27,959 nt of DNA from Octopus sinensis. Its lineage: Eukaryota. Under the pieces are notes generated by a model. That model saw nothing but the letters and a program-made list of their open reading frames with translations. It had not been told where the DNA came from and did not search any database. Shown here piece after piece: positions 22,601-27,959 of this stretch; within the stretch, counting starts at the first letter, position 1, and every line of letters begins with the position of its first letter. The translations under genes were made by a program, and so were the position numbers. The DNA lies in NCBI RefSeq assembly GCF_006345805.1, contig NW_021833515.1, positions 1-27,959 of the forward strand. The letters run 5' to 3'.

Positions 22601-25600
22601 TCAGTAGCTTGTGCAGAATCCGGTGCTCCCGTAGGTACATCAGAAGAAGGAAAATACCTAGTAAGTCTGTAGCTTGTGCAGAGACCGGTGCTCCCGTAGG
22701 TACATCAGAACAAGGTAAATACCTAGTAAGTCTGTAACTTGTGCAGAGTCCGGTGCTCCCGTAGGTACATCAGAACAAGGTAAATACCTATTAAGTCTGT
22801 ACCTTGTGCAGAGTCCGGTGCTCCCGTAGGTACATCAGAAAAAGGTAAATACCTAGTACCTCTTTCGCTTTTGCAGAATCCGGTGCGCTCGTAGGTACAT
22901 CAGAACAAGGTAAATACTTAGTAAGTCTGTAGCTTGTGCAGAGACCGGTGCTCCCGTAGGTACATCAGAACAAGGTAAATACCTAGTAAGTCTGTAGCTT
23001 TTGCAGAATCCGCTGCTCCCGTAGGTACATATGAAAAAGTTAAATACCTAGTAAGTCTGTAGCTTGTGCAGAATCCGGGGTTCCCGTAGGTACATCAGAG
23101 CAAGGTAAATACCTAGTCAGTCTGTATGTTGTGCAGAGTCCGGTGCTCCCTTAGGTACATCAGATCAACGTAAATACCTAGTCAGTATGTAGCTTGTGCA
23201 GAGTCCGGTGCTCTCGTATGTACATCAGAACAAGGTAAATACCTAGTAAGTCTGTAGCTTGTGCAGAATCCGGTGCTCCCGTAGGTATATCAGAACAAGG
23301 TAAATACCTAGTATGTATGTACCTTGTGCAGAGACCGGTGCTCCCGTAGGTACATCAGAACAAGGTAAATACCTAGTAAGTATGTAGCTTGTGCAGAGTC
23401 CGGTGCTCCCGTAGGTACATCAGAACAAGGTAAATACCTAGTAAGTCTGTAGCTTGTGCAGAGACCGGTGCTCCCGTAGGTACATCAGAAAAAGGTAAAT
23501 ACCTAGTAAGTCTTTAGCTTTTGCAGAATCCGGTGCGCTCGTAGGTACATCAGAACAAGGTATATACCTAGTAAGTCTGTAGCTTGTGCAGAGTCCGGTG
23601 CTCCCGTAGGTACATCAGAACAAGGTAAATACCTAGTAAGTCTGTACCTTGTGCAGAGTCCGGTGCTCCCGTAGGTACATCAGAACTAGGTAAATACCTA
23701 GTAAGTCTTTAGCCAATGCAGAATCCGGTGCTCTCGTAGGTACATCAGAATAAGGTAAATACCTAGTAAGTCTGTAGCTTGTGCAGAATCCGCTGCTCCC
23801 GTAGGTACATCAGAACAAGATAAATACCTAGTAAGTCTGTAGCTTGTGCAGAGACCGGTGCTCCCGTAGGTACATCAGAACAAGGTAAATACCTTATAAG
23901 TCTGTAGCTTGTGCAGAGTCCGGTGCCCCCATAGGTACATCAGAACAAGGTAAATACCTAGTAAGTCTGTAGCTTGTGCAGAGACCAGTGCTCCCGTAGG
24001 TACATCAGAAAAGGTATATACCTAGTAAGTCTGTAGCTTGTGCAGAGTCCGGTGCTCCCGTAGGTACATCAGAAAGGGGTAAATACCTAGTAAGTCTGTA
24101 CCTTGTGCAGAGTCCGGTGCTCCCGTAGGTACATCAGAAAAAGGTAAATACCTAGTACCTCTTTCGCTTGTGCAGAATCCGGTGCGCTCGTAGGTACATC
24201 AGAACAAGGTAAATACTTAGTAAGTCTGTAGCTTGTGCAGAATCCGGTGTTGCCGTAGGTACATCAGAGCAAGGTACATACCTAGTCAGTCTCTTTCTTG
24301 TGCAGAGTCCGGTGCTCCCGTAGGTACATCAGAGCAAGGTAAATACCTAGTCAGTCTGTATCATGTGCAGAGACCGGTGCTCCCGTATGTACATCAGAAC
24401 AAGGTAAATACCTAGTAAGTCTGTAGCTTGTGCAGAATACGGTGCTCCTGTAGGTACATCAGAACAAGGTAAATACCTAATAAGTCAGTAGCTTGTGCAG
24501 AATCCGGTGCTCCCGTAGGTACATCAGAACAAGGTAAATACCTAGTAAGTCTGTAGCTTGTGCAGAGACCGGTGCTCCAGTAGGTACATCAGAACAAGGT
24601 AAATACCTAGTAATTCTGTAGCTTGTACAGAGACCGGTGCTCCCGTAGGTACATCAGAACAAGATAAATAACTTGTAAGTCTTTAGCTTGTGCAGAGTCC
24701 GGTGCCCCCGAAAGTACATCAGAACAAGTTTAATACCTAGTAAGTCTGTAGCTTGTGGAGAGACCAGTGCTCCCGTAGGTACATCAGAACAAGGTATATA
24801 CCTAGTAAGTCTGTAGCTTGTGCAGAGTCCGGTGCTCCCGTAGGTACATCAGAACAAGGTAAATAACTAGTAAGTCTGTACCTTGTGCAGAGTCCGGTGC
24901 TCCCGTAGGTACATCACAAAAAGGTAAATACCTAGTAAGTCTTCAGCTTGTGCAGAATCCGGTGCGCTCGTAGGTACATCAGAACAAGGTATATACCTAG
25001 TAAGTCTGTAGCTTGTGCAGAGTCCGGTGCTCCCGTAGGTACATCAGAACAAGGTAAATACCTAGTAAGTCTGTACCTTGTGCATAGTCCGGTGCTCCCG
25101 TAGGTACATCAGAAAAAGGTAAATACCTAGTAAGTCTTTAGCTTGTGAAGAATCGGTGCTCTCGTAGGTTCATCAGAACAAGGTAAATACCTAGTAAGTC
25201 TGTAGCTTGTGCAGAATCCGCTGCTCCCGTAGGTACATCAGAACAAGGTAAATACCTAGTAAGTCTGTATCTTGTGCAGAGTCCGGTGCTCCCGTATGTA
25301 CATCAAAACAAGGTAAAGAGCTAGTAAGTCTGTAGCTTGTGCAGAGTCCGGTGCTCCCGTAGGTACATCAGAACTAGGTAAATACCTAGTAAGTCTGTAG
25401 CTTGTGCAGAATCCGGTGCTCCCGTAGGTACATCAAAACAAGGTAAATACCTAGTAAGACTGTAGCTTGTGCAGAGACCGGTGCTCCCGTAGGTACATCA
25501 GAACAAGGTAAATACCTAGTAAGTCTGTAACTTGTGCAGAGTCCGGTGCTCCCGTAGGTACATCAGAACAAGGAAAATACCTAGTAAGACTGTACCTTGT

Positions 25601-27959
25601 GCAGAGTCCGGTGCTCCCGTAGGTACATCAGAACAAGGTAAATAATTAGTAAGTCTGTAGCTTGTGCAGAATCCGGTGTTCCCGTAGGTACATCAGAGCA
25701 AGGTACATACCTAGTCAGTCTCTTTCTTGTGCAGAGTCCGGTGCTCCCGTAGGTACATCAGAACAAGGTATATACTTAGTAAGTTTGTAGCTTGTGCAGA
25801 ATACAGTGCTCCTGTAGGTACATCAGAACAAGGTAAATATCTAATAAGTCAGTAGCTTGTGCAGAATCCGGTGCTCCCGTAGGTACATCAGAACAAGGTA
25901 AATACCTAGTAAGTCTGTAGCTTGTGCAGAGACCGGTGCTCCAGTAGGTACATCAGAACAAGGTAAATACCTAGTAATTCTGTAGCTTGTGCAGAGACCG
26001 GTGCTCCCGTAGGTACATCAGAACAAGATAAATACCTTGTAAGTCTTTAGCTTGTGCAGAGTCCGGTGCCCCCGTAGGTACATCAGAACAAGGTTAATAC
26101 CTAGTAAATCTGTAGCTTGTGCAGAGACCAGTGCTCCCGTAGGTACATCAGAACAAGGTATATACCTAGTAAGTCTGTAGCTTGTGCATAGTCCGGTGCT
26201 CCCGTAGGTACATCAGAACAAGGTAAATAACTAGTAAGTCTGTACCTTGTGCAGAGTCCGGTGCTCCCGTAGGTACATCAGAAAAGGTAAATACCTTGTC
26301 AGTCTGTATCATGTGCAGAGTCCGGTGCTCCCGTAGGTACATCAGAACAAGGTAAATAGCTAGTAAGTCTGTAGCTTGTGCAGAGTCCGGTGCTCCCGGA
26401 GGTACATCAGAACAAGGAAAATACCTAGTAAGTATGTACCTTGTGCAGAATCCGGTGCTCCCGTAGGTACATCAGAACAAGGTTAATACCTAGTAAGTCT
26501 GTAGCTTGTGCAGAGACCGGTGCTCCCGTAGGTACATCAGAACAAGGTAAATACCTAGTAAGTCTGTAGCTTGTGCAGAGTCCGGTGCTCCCGTAGGTAC
26601 ATCAGAACAAGGTAAATACCTAGTAAGTCTTTAGCTTTTGCAGAATCCGGTGCTCCCGTAGGTACATGAGAACAAGGTAAATACCTAGTAAGTCTGTAGC
26701 TTGTGCAGAGACCGGTGCTCCCGTATGTACATCAGAACAAGGTAAATACCTAGTAAGTCTGTAGCTTGTGCAGAGACCGGTGCTCCCGTAGGTACATCAG
26801 AACAAGGTAAATAACTTGTAAGTCTGTAGCTTGTGCAGAGTCCGGTGCCCCCATAGGTACATCAGAACAAGGTAAATACCTAGTAAGTCTGTAGCTTGTG
26901 CAGAGACCAGTGCTCCCGTAGGTACATCAGAACAAGGTATATACCTAGTAAGTCTGTAGCTTGTGCAGAGACCGGTGCTCCCGTAGGTACATCAGAACAT
27001 GGTAGATACCTAGTAAGTCTGTACCTTGTGCAGAGACCGGTGCTCCCGTAGGTACATCAGAAAAAGGTAAATACCTAGTAAGTCTTTAGCTTGTGCAGAA
27101 TCCGGTGCTCCCGTAGGTACATCAGAACAAGGTAAATACCTAGTAAGTCTGTAGCTTGTGCAGAGTCCGGTGCTCCCGTAGGTACATCAGAACAAGGTAA
27201 ATACCTAGTAAGTCTGTACCTTGTGCAGAGTCCGGTGCTCCCGTAGGTACATCAGAAAAAGGTAAATACCTAGTAAGTCTTTAGCCAATGCAGAATCCGG
27301 TGCTCTCGTAGGTACATCAGAATAAGGTAAATACCTAGTAAGTCTGTAGCTTTTGCAGAATCCGCTGCTCCCGTAGGTACATCAGAATAAGGTAAATACC
27401 TAGTAAGTCTGTAGCTTGTGCAGAATCCGCTGCTCCCGTAGGTACATCAGAACAAGGTAAATACCTTGTAAGTCTGTAGCTTGTGCAGAGTCCGGTGCCC
27501 CCATAGGTACATCAGAACAATGTAAATACCTAGTAAGTCTGTAGCTTGTGCAGAGACCATTGCTCCCGTAGGTACATCAGAAAAGGTATATACCTAGTAA
27601 GTCTGTAGCTTGTGCAGAGTCCGGTGCTCCCGTAGGTACATCAGAAAGGGGTAAATACCTAGTAAGTCTGTACCTTGTGCAGAGTCCGGTGCTCCCGTAG
27701 GTACATCAGAAAAAGGTAAATACCTAGTACCTGTTTCGCTTGTGCAGAATCCGGTGCGCTCGTAGGTACAGCAGAACAAGGTATATATCTAGTAAGTCTG
27801 TAGCTTGTGCAGAGTCCGGTGCTCCGTATGTACATCAGAACAGGTAAATACCTAGTAAGTCTGTACTTGTGCAGAGTCCGGTGCTCCCGTAGGTACATCA
27901 GAAAAAGGTAAATAACTAGTAAGTCTTTAGCTTGTGAAGAATCGGTGCTCTCGTAGGTT
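19664..27959. repeat. 65-bp satellite array (~128 copies; runs off the window)
   Basis: Consensus gtaaatacctagtaagtctgtagcttgtgcagagtccggtgctcccgtaggtacatcagaacaag. The period was checked (19924 to 19989). There are no unique spacers. Confidence 0.99.

Noticed and set aside
19664-27959. CRISPR-like regular repeat array
   Set aside because: The monomers are contiguous with no unique spacers, there are no cas genes, and the context is eukaryotic.

Overview
Eukaryotic, repeat-saturated DNA, most likely from an octopod cephalopod. This is inferred from the many copies of a tRNA-derived SINE I recognise from Octopus genomes. I find no intact host protein-coding gene, and every ORF in the track is either a retroelement remnant or a repeat artefact. 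Layout: (1) 1-3.2 kb holds a heavily deleted Gypsy LTR-retrotransposon relic, an RTE-LINE RT scrap and 3' tail, and the GIY-YIG end of a Penelope-like element. (2) 3.8-10.4 kb holds three tandem, mosaic ~2.1-2.3 kb units made of SINE halves, microsatellites and a palindromic GGGAAGTAACTCT...AGAGTTAC box. (3) 10.55-12.27 kb is a 5'-truncated, disabled CR1-type LINE; its last 43 coding nt are triplicated and its 3' UTR shares a motif with the SINE tail. (4) 12.6-13.3 kb is a foldback element with a nested SINE, followed by a degenerate (TTAGGG)n tract fused to a 34-bp satellite. (5) 14.6-18.8 kb holds reshuffled copies of the same blocks, including two Penelope RT scraps. (6) From 18.85 kb to the end, three satellites (34, 15 and 65 bp) abut with little or no spacer; the 65-mer runs more than 8.3 kb and shows layered higher-order duplications. 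The best leads are a possible SINE origin of the 65-mer, the shared SINE/LINE 3' tail, and a subtelomere-like or relic-telomere architecture. All comparisons were made by eye; no alignments or searches were run.
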